DNA from: Candidatus Latescibacterota bacterium
GTDB taxonomy: Bacteria > Latescibacterota > UBA2968 > UBA8231
Assembly: GCA_965242865.1 (NCBI GenBank)
Contig: CBDETK010000013.1
Location: 1,152,001 to 1,216,000 of the forward strand
Reading direction: 5' to 3'
DNA: 64,000 nt
The translations under genes were made by a program, and so were the position numbers. Below, one piece after another: positions 29,148 to 39,042 of the stretch; position 1 is the stretch's first letter; each line of letters starts with the position of its first letter. A model generated the notes under the pieces. That model made no database searches and was not told where the DNA came from. It was given only the letters and a program-made list of their open reading frames with translations.

Positions 29148-29330
29148 ATGAAGAATAAGGCGCATAACCCGGCCGCTCGACGCCATTAACGCCGCGGCCG
29201 CGTGGGCGAGTACGCTGCATCTGTGGTGGGCGCGGCTGTTTGGCGCGCTGAAGCGGTTGCGGACGCGCCCAAGATGCCGCCCTTTAAGCAGGTGCGGGGA
29301 CGGTCGTTTCCCGGCAAGGTTTGAGGCGGG
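29148..29330 (+). repeat. Mosaic remnant: colinear fragments of the PIN, DUF1156 and PhyH genes
   Basis: 29148-29168 = 30664-30684 (21/21); 29172-29202 matches 31253-31283 (29/31); 29207-29236 = 31312-31341 (30/30); 29232-29324 matches 39751-39843 (82/93). Confidence 0.9.
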
Positions 29331-29427
29331 GCACTATACACTATCGAGCCTCTCATCATATTTTATATGATAAGCTAGAGGACAATCTACCAGCCCGTCC
29401 TAAGTTCTTTCCGACGCTGGGACCACA

Positions 29428-30300
29428 ATGATCTATTACCTACCAACCGTGCATAGTAACCGCCAAGGCTTCGAGAGCATCGGAGCCCTTGCCAAGGAGG
29501 CCGAAGATCTCTTTGCCGACCACCTAGAACTCAATATGTCTCGGGTGCGCTCTTTCGACGCCAACATGGCTGCCCCTTTGGGAGCGATTCTTGCCCAAGT
29601 GGCGGACCAATTCAACATCGTGGAGATCGTTGATATTCCCGACAAGGTGGAACAGGTGCTTCGGAAAAATCGGTTCTTAACCAATTATTGGTATGAACCT
29701 CTCGATGATGCTGACCACATAACGATGCCCTTTCGCCGCCTGCGCCTTAGGGATGAAGGCAAGTTCGAGCAATACATCTATCGGCAACTCAGCGGCAGAG
29801 GCATCCCCAAGATGTCTAAAGGAGCGAGCCGAGTTTTCAAAAAAAAGGTCTTTGAGGTTTATCAGAATGCCGTCACCCACTCCGAATCAGAACTCGGTGT
29901 TTTCGTCTGTGGCCAATTCTTCCTGCACCGGCATCGCCTCAACTTCACTATCGCCGATGCCGGTATCGGAATCCGCGATACCGTCCGCCGTTACTTCGAT
30001 CATCCCCGTATCGGTTCCCTCCCGGCTCTTGAATGGGCACTCGAGCCGCGTAACACCACGAAGTACGGCTCTCATCCCGGTGGGCTAGGTTTTGAATTTC
30101 TTCAGAAATTCGCCCGCCTCAATGAAGGGAAGATTCAGATCGCCTCTCGCTTCGGATTTTACGAGTTGAACTGCGACGGGGAAATCTTTGAGGAGATGGA
30201 GACGGATTTCCCCGGAACTGCCGTAACGATTGGGATCAATACGGCCGATGAGGGGGTCTATTTCTTGAAGAGTGAAATCGACACGGACAACGTGTCTTAA
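29428..30300 (+). CDS. GHKL/HATPase_c protein with an N-terminal STAS-like region (anti-sigma-kinase-like, no HisKA domain)
   Basis: N-box FEVYQNAVTHS, G1 IADAGIGI, G2 GGLG and FPGTAVTI. Confidence 0.8.
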   Translation: MIYYLPTVHSNRQGFESIGALAKEAEDLFADHLELNMSRVRSFDANMAAPLGAILAQVADQFNIVEIVDIPDKVEQVLRKNRFLTNYWYEPLDDADHITMPFRRLRLRDEGKFEQYIYRQLSGRGIPKMSKGASRVFKKKVFEVYQNAVTHSESELGVFVCGQFFLHRHRLNFTIADAGIGIRDTVRRYFDHPRIGSLPALEWALEPRNTTKYGSHPGGLGFEFLQKFARLNEGKIQIASRFGFYELNCDGEIFEEMETDFPGTAVTIGINTADEGVYFLKSEIDTDNVS

Positions 30301-30317
30301 TTAGAAAGGGTGAAAAC

Positions 30318-30674
30318 GTGACTGAACCAATTGCTGTGCAAGTGTTTGACCTCATCGGCGGTCCCCTGTGCGTATCCGCCAGCGATGGCCAGCGTCTGCA
30401 CGATAAGATCGCCCCTCTTTTAAGGAAGGAGACGCCAGTTGTCCTTTCCTTCAAGCGGGTGGACATCCTCATCTCCGCGTTTCTGAACGCGGCCATAGGC
30501 CAGCTCTACGGTGATCTGCCCGAGGATCGCCTTGATGAATTGCTTTCCTTCCGCGACTTGGCTGATGACGACCGCGAAATGATCACACACGTCATTGAAA
30601 ACGCCAAGGCGTATTTCAGCAGACCCGAGGACTTTGACCGGGCATGGCAGGAGGAACTAGGCGATGAAGAATAA
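30318..30674 (+). CDS. Stand-alone STAS-like protein (DUF4325-type)
   Basis: DGQRLHDKI...VVLSFKRVDILISAFLNAAIGQLY. Confidence 0.8.
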   Translation: MTEPIAVQVFDLIGGPLCVSASDGQRLHDKIAPLLRKETPVVLSFKRVDILISAFLNAAIGQLYGDLPEDRLDELLSFRDLADDDREMITHVIENAKAYFSRPEDFDRAWQEELGDEE

Positions 30675-31218
30675 GGCGCATAACTTGGCGACCTATTCGT
30701 TCAGCAAGGACGAAACTCTCCTACTCGATGCCAACGTGTGGCTCTACCTGTATCCACCACCATCCCAAAAAATCAAGCGCAAATTCATCCAGCAATACAG
30801 CAAGGGGTTAGGATCCATGCGGTCCGCAGATGCACAATTGATCATGGACGCTATGGTGCTCGGTGAATACTTGAACACCTACTGCCGCATTGAATGGAAG
30901 GCCCTGCACCAGAGCCAGTATCCTAAATTCAAATCATTCCGCAAATCGGCGGATTTCAAGGAGGTTGGCAAAAAAGCGGCCTCCTTTGCAGGCTCCATGC
31001 TCAAGCTCTGTGCCTGCCACGATCATCCTTTTGCTGCGGCCAATATCAAGCAAGTGCTGGCTGATTTTGCAGCGGGGACAACTGATTTCAACGATGGCTT
31101 GCTGGCCGAAACATGTCGCCACAATGGCTGGAAGCTGGTTACGCATGACGGCGATTTCACGTCTGGCGGCATTGAGGTCTTGACCACAAACTCGCGCCTC
31201 TTGTCCGCCTGCCCATGA
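30664..31218 (+). CDS. PIN-domain ribonuclease
   Basis: [17 protein letters not shown] and LVTHDGDF acidic catalytic residues. Overlaps the STAS gene. Confidence 0.85.
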   Translation: MKNKAHNLATYSFSKDETLLLDANVWLYLYPPPSQKIKRKFIQQYSKGLGSMRSADAQLIMDAMVLGEYLNTYCRIEWKALHQSQYPKFKSFRKSADFKEVGKKAASFAGSMLKLCACHDHPFAAANIKQVLADFAAGTTDFNDGLLAETCRHNGWKLVTHDGDFTSGGIEVLTTNSRLLSACP

Positions 31219-32920
31219 CGCCTCCCCGCAAAAAGCTCATCGAAGTCGCCCTGCCGCTCGACGCTATCAACGCCGCGGCCGCGCGGGAGAAGTCGATTCG
31301 GCATGGGCATCCGAGTACGCTGCATCTGTGGTGGGCGCGGCGGCCGTTGGCTGCGGCGCGGGCGGTGATTTTCGCGCAGATGGTGGATGACCCGTCGGCC
31401 AGCCCCGAGCGGTTCCCTACGGAGGCCGACCAAGACGAGGAGCGCGAGCGGCTGTTTCGCCTTATCGAGGAATTGGTACAGTGGGAGAACACCACGGACG
31501 AACGGGTGTTGCAGCAAGCCCGCGACGAGATTTGGGCGAGCTGGCAACGGACCTGCGCCGACCACGCCGCTCACCCCCGGGCCGCTGAATTGTTCCGCCC
31601 GGATGCGCTGCCGGCCTTTCACGATCCGTTTGCCGGCGGCGGCGCGTTGCCGCTCGAAGCGCAGCGATTGGGGCTGGAAGCCCATGCCAGCGACCTCAAT
31701 CCGGTGGCGGTGCTCATCAACAAGGCCATGATCGAGATACCGCCTAAGTTCGCCGGTCAGCCCCCGGTGAATCCGGCGTCTCGCGGAGAAAAGGGCCTGA
31801 TCGAGCATACATGGAAGGGGGCGCAGGGGCTGGCCGAGGATGTGCGCTACTATGGGCAGTGGATGCGCGACGAAGCCGAGCGGCGCATTGGGCCTTTGTA
31901 TCCGCAGGTCGAGATTACCGAGGAGCTGGTGCGGCAGCGGCCCGACCTTGAACGCTACAAGGGGCGCAAGCTGACGGTGATTGCGTGGCTGTGGGCGCGG
32001 ACCGTGAAAAGCCCCAACCCGGCGTTTGCCGATGTGGAGGTGCCGCTGGCCTCGACCTTTATGCTTTCGACGAAGAAGGGCAAGGAAGCCTACGTGGAGC
32101 CGGTGATTGAGGGGCGTGGGTATCGGTTTGTGGTGAAGGTGGGACAGCCGGAGGATGTGGACGCGGCCAAGGCGGGGACTAGCGCGGGAAAACGGCAGGC
32201 GTTCCGTTGCCTGATGTCGGGTGTCCCTATTCCCTATGGCTATATCCGAAATGAGGGCAAGGCTAAACGGATGGGCGAGCGGCTTATGGCTATCGTTGCC
32301 GAGGGCGACCGGGGACGGGTGTATCTGGCACCACTGCCGGAGCACGAGGAGATTGCCCGTCAAGCGAAGCCGACGTGGAAGCCGGATTGTGAGCTGCCAA
32401 AGAAGCACCGCAACTTTCAGGGGCCTGTTTATGGATTGAACAATTTGGGCGACCTCTTCACGCCCCGCCAACTCGTCGCCCTGACCACCTTCTCCGACTT
32501 AGTAGCGGAAGCAATGGAGCGCGTCAAGCGGGATGCTGCCAACGCCAGTTTGCCGAATGACGACCGGCCCCTGCGCGACGGGGGCACCGGCGCGACAGCG
32601 TATGCCGAGGCGGTGGGAGTGTATTTGGGATTGTGTGTAAGCAGGCAAGCCAATCGGTCGTCCAACCTAAATTTCTGGGATCCGGTCGGAGCAAACATTC
32701 AGCAGGTATTTGCTAGACAAGCCCTGCCAATGATCTGGGATTTCATTGAATCCAATCCATTTTCTAACTCCAGTGGAAATTTCACAGGCCAAGTTGGTTA
32801 TCTCAGCAAAGTAGTCTCCTCATCACCCAGTTACGCCAACGTAGCTACGGCGTCTCAAAAGGATGCCGCCACTCAATCAACCAGTACAGACAAAGTCATT
32901 TCCACCGATCCCCCCTACTA

Positions 32921-33808
32921 ACTAATGGTGCTAGTGTTTTACAATCCGAACTCGGCGATAGACAACGGGACGAATCCGTTTTCATCGGGTTGGAATCCAT
33001 GCCACTGCACCCGCAGATTGAAGGCGGCCATGGCAAAGCTCAGATGGGCGGTGAAATACGCCCACGCTCGATGGGTCTGCTGCTTAAAGCGGCGGGTTCG
33101 GGTGAGCATGGAAAAGATCGTCTCAATGAGCATCCGCTCGTTCCAAGTGTTCCGGGGACACACTTTCAGATTGGCCGGATCGCCCGCTTGGGCATGAAAG
33201 CCCTGGTCGCTGAGGACGATCATCTGCTGTTGGAAGCGTCGGATCATCGGATGAAAGACCGAATCGTGGACTTATGCCGTGTTCCAATCCCAATCGACGA
33301 TCCGCCCCCACTGATTGACGATCATACACAGCTTGCCGCCGACGATCCAACGGTGGTTGGAGAGCCCTTTCTTCCCAATGGCGTGCTGCGCCCGGCCTTG
33401 ACGCACCGGATGGCGCAACTCAATGCCATAGCTGTCGACCACTCCCAAGGTCGTCAGCTCGGCGCGGAAGCGGTCGGTCCACTCGGCATGAGCGGCGAAG
33501 AGGCGAAACAAGCGGGGGCGCGATGGTAGGCGCGGGAACCAAGCCTGCCAGTCCCGCACCAGCCAGCGGTAAAATGCCCGTTTACCCCCGCCTTTGAGCG
33601 CATACAACACCCCTAAGGTGACCACCTCACTCGGATATAAGGACGCTTGCGGGTGTTTGGGCACATCAAGCATCTGATTGTCAATGCGGTAGAACAGGGC
33701 TATTATAAACTCGGCCGTGGTCATCAGGACGCTCCGGGGCTGAAAGGTCAGAGATACCCTCAGCGTAGGAACTACCATGACCACGGTCAACATACTAGCA
33801 CCATTGGT
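32921..33808 (-). mobile_element. 888-bp IS982-like insertion sequence
   Basis: Terminal inverted repeats AC(T/C)AATGGTGCTAGT (14/15 match) and a 5-bp target duplication TACTA at 32916-32920 and 33809-33813. Confidence 0.88.
32939..33724 (-). pseudogene. DDE transposase with an in-frame TAA at 33272-33274
   Basis: LYPSEVVTL, VVDSYGI, NTA*VHD, LSDQGF and RMLIETIFS. Both ORF-track pieces are in the same frame. Confidence 0.82.
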
Positions 33809-34486
33809 TACTACGACAACATCGGCTACGCCGATCTGTCGGATTTCTTCTACGTCTGGCTTCGCCGCGCGGTACGGTCGGTGTTCCCCGATCTTTTTTC
33901 CACCCTCGCCGTACCGAAGGCCGAAGAATTGGTCGCTACTCCACACCGGCATGGTAATAAGAAAAAGGCAGAGGCCTTCTTTCTTGACGGGATGACGGAC
34001 GCCGTGCGCCGCCTTGCCGAGCAAACGCACCCCGGCTTCCCGGTGTCCATCTATTACGCTTTCAAGCAATCGGAGACGAAAGGGGCGACGGGAACGACCA
34101 GCATCGACTGGGAGACCTTCCTCGATTCAGTCATCCGCGCCGGCTTCTCAGTCACCGGCACTTGGCCGATGCGTACCGAACAGGAGTACCCAACTGTCAG
34201 GCTCGGGGCAAACGCCCTCGCCTCTTCCATCGTCCTCGTCTGTCGCCAGCGCCCTGCCACCGCGCCAATAGCCACTCGCGGCGAATTCGTCGCCGCGCTA
34301 AGAGCCGAACTCCCCACCGCCCTCGCCCACCTACAATCCAGCAACATCGCCCAAGCCGCCATCGGCCCCGGCATAGCAGTATTCACCCGCTACGCCAAGG
34401 TGCTCAACGCCGAGGGCAAACCCGTCTCGGTGCGCGAGGCCCTAGCACTCATCAACCAGATACTATCGGAAACCTTCATATCAATC

Positions 34487-34786
34487 ATGGTGGACCGCAT
34501 CGCGAGAGCCTTCCAGCCTGCGCGGGTCGTCCTCTTTGGGTCTCACGCACGGGGCACGGCAACCGAATGGAGCGACATTGACTTGCTCGTAATTCTGCCC
34601 AAGGTGTCCGACAAACGGAACGCGGCAATCGAAATCCGCCGGGCCTTGGGCGATCTACCAGTTTGCAAGGACATCGTGGTAGCGACGCCCGCGGAAGTCG
34701 CTCGCCGTGGGCACCTTGTGGGAACCACGTTGCGTTCAGCACTCCGCGAAGGGAAGGTTCTTTACGAACGACATGAACGACCCTGA
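34487..34786 (+). CDS. Minimal nucleotidyltransferase (MNT) antitoxin, in frame with the methylase remnant
   Basis: [10 protein letters not shown]...SDIDLLV and REGKVLYE. Confidence 0.85.
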   Translation: MVDRIARAFQPARVVLFGSHARGTATEWSDIDLLVILPKVSDKRNAAIEIRRALGDLPVCKDIVVATPAEVARRGHLVGTTLRSALREGKVLYERHERP

Positions 34787-35132
34787 ACTCGTCGGCGAAG
34801 CGCGCCGCTGGCTTCGTTTCGCGGCGGAGGATCTCGATGCTGCACAATGCTTGCTGGCGACGGACGGGGCAGCCCCTCGTCACGCCTGTTTCCACGCCCA
34901 ACAAGCGGCCGAAAAGGCACTGAAGGCCGCACTGGTACTTGAGGGAGTCGACTTTCCGCGCCAACACGACCTCGATGACTTGCGTAACCTGCTCCTGGAC
35001 ACTTGGTCGGTGCGACAAACCCACACCGATCTTGCTCAATTGACGGAATGGGCCGTTGAGTCACGGTATCCAGGCGATTGTCAAGAGCCCACAGCTACCG
35101 ATGCCGAACAGGCGGCTTGTATCTCGGAGTGA
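34773..35132 (+). CDS. HEPN-domain protein (MNT-HEPN toxin-antitoxin pair), C-terminus possibly clipped
   Basis: [30 protein letters not shown] and SRYP. Confidence 0.88.
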   Translation: MNDPELVGEARRWLRFAAEDLDAAQCLLATDGAAPRHACFHAQQAAEKALKAALVLEGVDFPRQHDLDDLRNLLLDTWSVRQTHTDLAQLTEWAVESRYPGDCQEPTATDAEQAACISE

Positions 35133-35164
35133 AGGACCACCATTCTATCAGAAGGAGGCAACCT

Positions 35165-35862
35165 GTGGTAGAAGTACAGAACTTGTGGAAGCGATACCCC
35201 GGCTCGACAGCTTTGGGCGGCATCTCCCTAACCGTCGAAAGGGGCCGGGTGCTGGGCGTTCTCGGGGAAAACGGCAGCGGCAAGAGCACGCTCTTCAAAA
35301 TCCTCGCCGGCGTCACCCGCGCCAGCGAGGGCAGCGTGCGGGTCGCGGGCCAGCCGGTCGGCGTCCAAACGCGCCGCATCACTTCGTACCTGCCCGAGGT
35401 CAGTCCGTTCTACGACTGGATGCACGTCACCGAGCAACTCGAATTCCTCGCCGCGTTCTATCCGGGCTGGGACCTAGGCAAATCCCGCGAATTGCTCGGC
35501 CTGATGAACGTCGATAGCCACCGGAAAGTCGGCGCTCTATCCGATGGTCAGCGGGCGCGGCTGAAGGTGGTAACCGCGTTTTCCCGGCCCAGCGAGTTGG
35601 TGCTTTGGTGCTAATGGACGAGCCGCTCGGGCGCATTGACCCGCCGTCGCGGCGGCGCATTCTAGAGACCTTGCTGCGCGAGTTTCGGGGGGGCGCGCAG
35701 ACGATTCTGCTCTCGACTCACCTCGTCAGCGAGGTGGAAACGCTGATCGAAGAAGTGGTATTCCTGCGCCACGGCGAGATTGCGGTGGGCGGCAACGTCG
35801 AAGCGTTGCGGCAAGATCGCGGCGCGTCGCTCAGCGACATGTTTGAGGAGGTGGTCGCGTGA
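35165..35862 (+). pseudogene. ABC transporter ATP-binding protein, frameshifted by an 8-bp duplication
   Basis: GENGSGKST and LSDGQRAR. TTGGTGCT is duplicated at 35597-35612 just before LMDEP, and removing one copy gives a 229-aa ORF. Confidence 0.88.
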
Positions 35863-36638
35863 ATACTTGGAAAACGCTGTATATAAAGGAAATAAAAGAA
35901 CACCGCGCCCTGTTCATCTTGCTGCCGCTGGTGACGGCCTTTTTGGAAATCGTGGCGGTGCTGTCGTTCAACGACGCGCAGGGCCTTTCGCCTCACTTCC
36001 TGTGGAGCTTTGTTCCCTACGCCTTTTTGCTGGTCTTGCCCTTCCTGCTGGTCCACTCATTCGTCCAAGAAACCAAGGGACAGACCCACTACCTGCTCCT
36101 CTCCCTGCCGGTATCGCGGGCGCAGATTTTCGCGGCCAAAGCCGCGGCCGTAGCCACGCTCGGCCTGGTCTTGGGCGCGCTGAGCACGGCCGGTCTCGTC
36201 GCGGTTGTCGGGCAATTGCACGCGCTCGCAACCCGCGTGACAACGCTGCACCTCACCTCGTTCACCGCGCTGGACGCGCTGGTCATCAGCGGCACCCTCT
36301 ACCTGTCGGCACTGGCGGTGCTGCTGGGCATGGCCGGCGGGGTCGCGGGCCTAAAGCTCGTGGTGCGCCGCTTTGCCGGCCTCGCTTCTACCGCATTCGT
36401 CTTGGGCGTGTTCTACTGCTACTTCAGCGCCCTGCCCGAAGTGCTCGGCACCTCCCAAGTGAGCTGGTTCGACCACCATCCCAACGGCCCGAACGGACCC
36501 AATGGCCCCAACGAGCCAATGGGCCTATCGCCGGATTTCCTCAAGGTCAACGTCGCGTTCCTCGCGTACTCAATCGTCATCGGCCTAGGCGCCATGACAA
36601 TCGGAATGTGGCTGTTTGAAAGGCAGGCCGAAGCCTAG
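35859..36638 (+). CDS. ABC-2-type transporter permease
   Basis: KEIKE start, LLSLPVSRAQIFAAK and about six TM helices. A (PNG)3-PNE microrepeat lies near 36480-36515. Confidence 0.8.
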   Translation: MNTWKTLYIKEIKEHRALFILLPLVTAFLEIVAVLSFNDAQGLSPHFLWSFVPYAFLLVLPFLLVHSFVQETKGQTHYLLLSLPVSRAQIFAAKAAAVATLGLVLGALSTAGLVAVVGQLHALATRVTTLHLTSFTALDALVISGTLYLSALAVLLGMAGGVAGLKLVVRRFAGLASTAFVLGVFYCYFSALPEVLGTSQVSWFDHHPNGPNGPNGPNEPMGLSPDFLKVNVAFLAYSIVIGLGAMTIGMWLFERQAEA

Positions 36639-36653
36639 CTAGGGTGCGGCAGG

Positions 36654-36783
36654 GGGCGCGGCACAGGGGCCGCGCCCTTCTCGGCCCCGTGCAGCAGGTC
36701 AATAGGTTGGGCGCGGCCCCGTGCAGCAGGTAATAGGTTGGGCGCGGCCCCCCGTGCCGTGGGGCGCGGCCCCTGTGCCGCGC
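36654..36783. repeat. Inverted REP pair enclosing a ~32-bp tandem duplication (BIME/REPIN-like)
   Basis: GGGCGCGGCACAGGGGCCGCGCCC and its reverse complement flank two copies of CGGCCCCGTGCAGCAGGT(C)AATAGGTTGGGCG. Confidence 0.75.
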
Positions 36784-36796
36784 ATACGACGGTAGG

Positions 36797-37960
36797 TCAA
36801 TAGATATCGGCGAGCAACGGCTGGCCCGGCACCAGCCCCTGCAAAAATTCGTCGCAGGGCAGGCAGCGTATTTCCTTTATCTCGACCCGCTCGTCTCCTC
36901 GGTACAGCAAGCACACCTCGGCTTCGGGATAATCTTGCTTAAAAGCGCGCAGGCTGTTGAGGTCGCTCGGGCGGATGGTGCGGGTGTTTTTGACCTCCAA
37001 GGCCCAGAAACCCGCCGGGCCGTAGAGGACAAAATCGACTTCGCTTCCCGACTTGGTGCGCCAAAAATACAGCGTACAAGGCTCGCCGCCGTAGGCATTC
37101 CAAGCCCGCAGATGCTGCGCCACCAGCCCCTCTAGGGCGCAGCCTTGGATTTCTTCGGGGCGATCGAGCGGTCCGGCCGGGCGCAACGAGCGGAAGACGC
37201 CGGCGTCGAAGAAGTAAAATTTAGGATGGACGGTTAGCTTTCTTTTGGCCCGCTTTGCAAACACCGGCACCCGAAAACACAACAGCAAATCCTCTAAAAT
37301 GCCGATGTACGCCTCCGCGGTTTTCCGCTCGATCTGGCACTCCCTCGCGACCGCGGCAATACTCAGGACCGCTCCATTTGAAAAGCTGATGGCTTCCAAA
37401 AAGCGCGAGAAATTGCCGACGTTGCGGACCAAGCCCTCCCACTGGACTTCTTCTCGCAGGTACAGCGCGGCATACGCTCCGAGCACCTCGGCCGGTGCTG
37501 CCGAGTCCACGACCAAGGGGACGAGACCAAAGCGCAGGGCGCGCTCTAGATCAAAAGCAGCCCCTAGTTCAGCCGCCATAAAGGGGTGCATGGTCTTGAG
37601 CACGGCTCGGCCGGCCAGCAGGTCAATCCCGGTGCGCTTGAGCTTTCGCGCACTAGATCCCGTCAGGACGAACCTAAGCGGTCTGGGCTGCTCAATGAGT
37701 TGATGCACCACGTCCAACAGCTCGGGGAGCTTTTGCACCTCGTCGATGATGACGGTGTCTTTGGCGGGATGGCCCGCGATGAGCTCGCGCAGGCGTTCGG
37801 GCCGGGCCGCATAGAGCCGATAGGTCTCGGGAGCGAGCAGGTCCACGAGCAAGGCGTCTGGCAAATGGGCGTGCAGCCAAGTTGACTTGCCGGTGCCACG
37901 AGGGCCGAACAGAAAAAAGCTGGTCTCGGCCGCGTGGAAAAATCGCCTCTTTGGTTCCAT
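36797..37960 (-). CDS. AAA_14 ATPase with a C-terminal DUF4143 (PD-(D/E)XK-like) domain
   Basis: GPRGTGKST, IIDEVQK, LTGSSA, KFYFFDAG and FWRTKSGSEVDFV...ALEVK. Confidence 0.9.
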   Translation of the reverse strand: MEPKRRFFHAAETSFFLFGPRGTGKSTWLHAHLPDALLVDLLAPETYRLYAARPERLRELIAGHPAKDTVIIDEVQKLPELLDVVHQLIEQPRPLRFVLTGSSARKLKRTGIDLLAGRAVLKTMHPFMAAELGAAFDLERALRFGLVPLVVDSAAPAEVLGAYAALYLREEVQWEGLVRNVGNFSRFLEAISFSNGAVLSIAAVARECQIERKTAEAYIGILEDLLLCFRVPVFAKRAKRKLTVHPKFYFFDAGVFRSLRPAGPLDRPEEIQGCALEGLVAQHLRAWNAYGGEPCTLYFWRTKSGSEVDFVLYGPAGFWALEVKNTRTIRPSDLNSLRAFKQDYPEAEVCLLYRGDERVEIKEIRCLPCDEFLQGLVPGQPLLADIY

Positions 37961-38151
37961 TTTTGCTTCTTTTTTGGAAGTATGAGTTCCAAAATATACT
38001 GTATGCGGGCGCGGGGCAAATCCTCCGGCCCTATCGGGCGGACGTCTAAGTCTTTATTGTACTGGGGTTGCGGCATGGTCGTTCTCCTCTTCGGGGCATT
38101 GTCCGGCCATCCGGCTTATCGCTATTATATCCAACCGCTTGGAGCGTCAAG

Positions 38152-39030
38152 ATGAGCAAACCCCCCTTAAAAATCACGCCCGCACAACAGCGGCAGTTCG
38201 ACGAAGACGGCTTCTTCCTCGTCGAAGACGCCCTGCCGCCCGACCGCATCGCCGCCCTGTTGCAGCGGCTCGACGCGCTGTACGACCGCTACCGCCGGGA
38301 GCGCGCGCTCGGGCCGCGCCAAGCCTTTCAGATGCGCAATATCGCGGCCGATCCCCTGTTTAAGGAATTGATCGACTATCCGCCCATTTTGCCGCTAATT
38401 GTGGACCTAATGGGCTACAATATCCAGCTCCGCACCTCGCACCTCGACGTGCGCCCGCCGCAAGACCCAGCCGACGGGACGCACGAGTTGGGCGCCCCGG
38501 ATAGCTTTTTCCCGTGGCACGCCGACGGCCCTGACTATGGCTGGCCGGCCGTCGATGGGGTGCTGCCGTTTATGGAGATGAAGGTCGGCTATTATTTGAC
38601 CGACCTGACCCGCCCTTTGAGCGGCGCGATTTGCGTCGTGCGCGGCAGCCATCGCCAATCGCCTTGGATTGACGTGCAGGGGAGGCGTCGCATCGACCCG
38701 GAGCGCATGGTCGAAGTCAACGTCGCCCCCGGCACCGCCCTCTTGTGGCGCACGGCCCTGTACCACTGCTTGACCCCCAATCTGTCCGACCAACCGCGCA
38801 AGTGCCTGTACTACGGCTATCAACACCGCTGGATCCGCCCCTCGGATTACGAGCACCAAGCCCCGGCAGTCTTGGCCGGGTGCAGCCCGGTGCGCCGGCA
38901 GCTTTTGGGCGAGTTGGGCACCGGCAGCACGGCCTACGCGGGCGACGACCCGTTGGTGCTGCCCGTGTCGCGCTATTGGCGGCCCAAAGACGAGGATATC
39001 CCGCTCAAGGCTTGGGCGGAGCATTATTAA
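38152..39030 (+). CDS. Phytanoyl-CoA dioxygenase (PhyH) family Fe/2OG dioxygenase
   Basis: FDEDGF, WHAD, VVRGSH and LYH...N...R. Confidence 0.88.
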   Translation: MSKPPLKITPAQQRQFDEDGFFLVEDALPPDRIAALLQRLDALYDRYRRERALGPRQAFQMRNIAADPLFKELIDYPPILPLIVDLMGYNIQLRTSHLDVRPPQDPADGTHELGAPDSFFPWHADGPDYGWPAVDGVLPFMEMKVGYYLTDLTRPLSGAICVVRGSHRQSPWIDVQGRRRIDPERMVEVNVAPGTALLWRTALYHCLTPNLSDQPRKCLYYGYQHRWIRPSDYEHQAPAVLAGCSPVRRQLLGELGTGSTAYAGDDPLVLPVSRYWRPKDEDIPLKAWAEHY

Positions 39031-39042
39031 GGAGACCGTCCC

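Larger units (their letters stand above)
31215..34470 (+). pseudogene. DUF1156-domain adenine DNA methyltransferase, IS-interrupted and 3'-truncated
   Basis: [10 protein letters not shown]...[11 protein letters not shown] and DPFAGGG. The motif STDPPY|[13 protein letters not shown] is split by the IS, and removing the IS plus one TACTA restores the frame. Confidence 0.9.

Noticed and set aside
29148-29330. DGR template or CRISPR-like memory array
   Set aside because: There are no repeats between the fragments, no RT or Cas genes, and the mismatches are not adenine-biased. Colinearity and microhomology fit deletion of a duplicate.
31023-32471. 482-aa antisense ORF
   Set aside because: It is the shadow of the DUF1156 gene in GC-rich DNA and has no motifs.
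33272-33274. Programmed readthrough or recoding in the transposase
   Set aside because: A single TAA with no recoding signal. Other genes use TAA as a normal stop, so a nonsense mutation is simpler.
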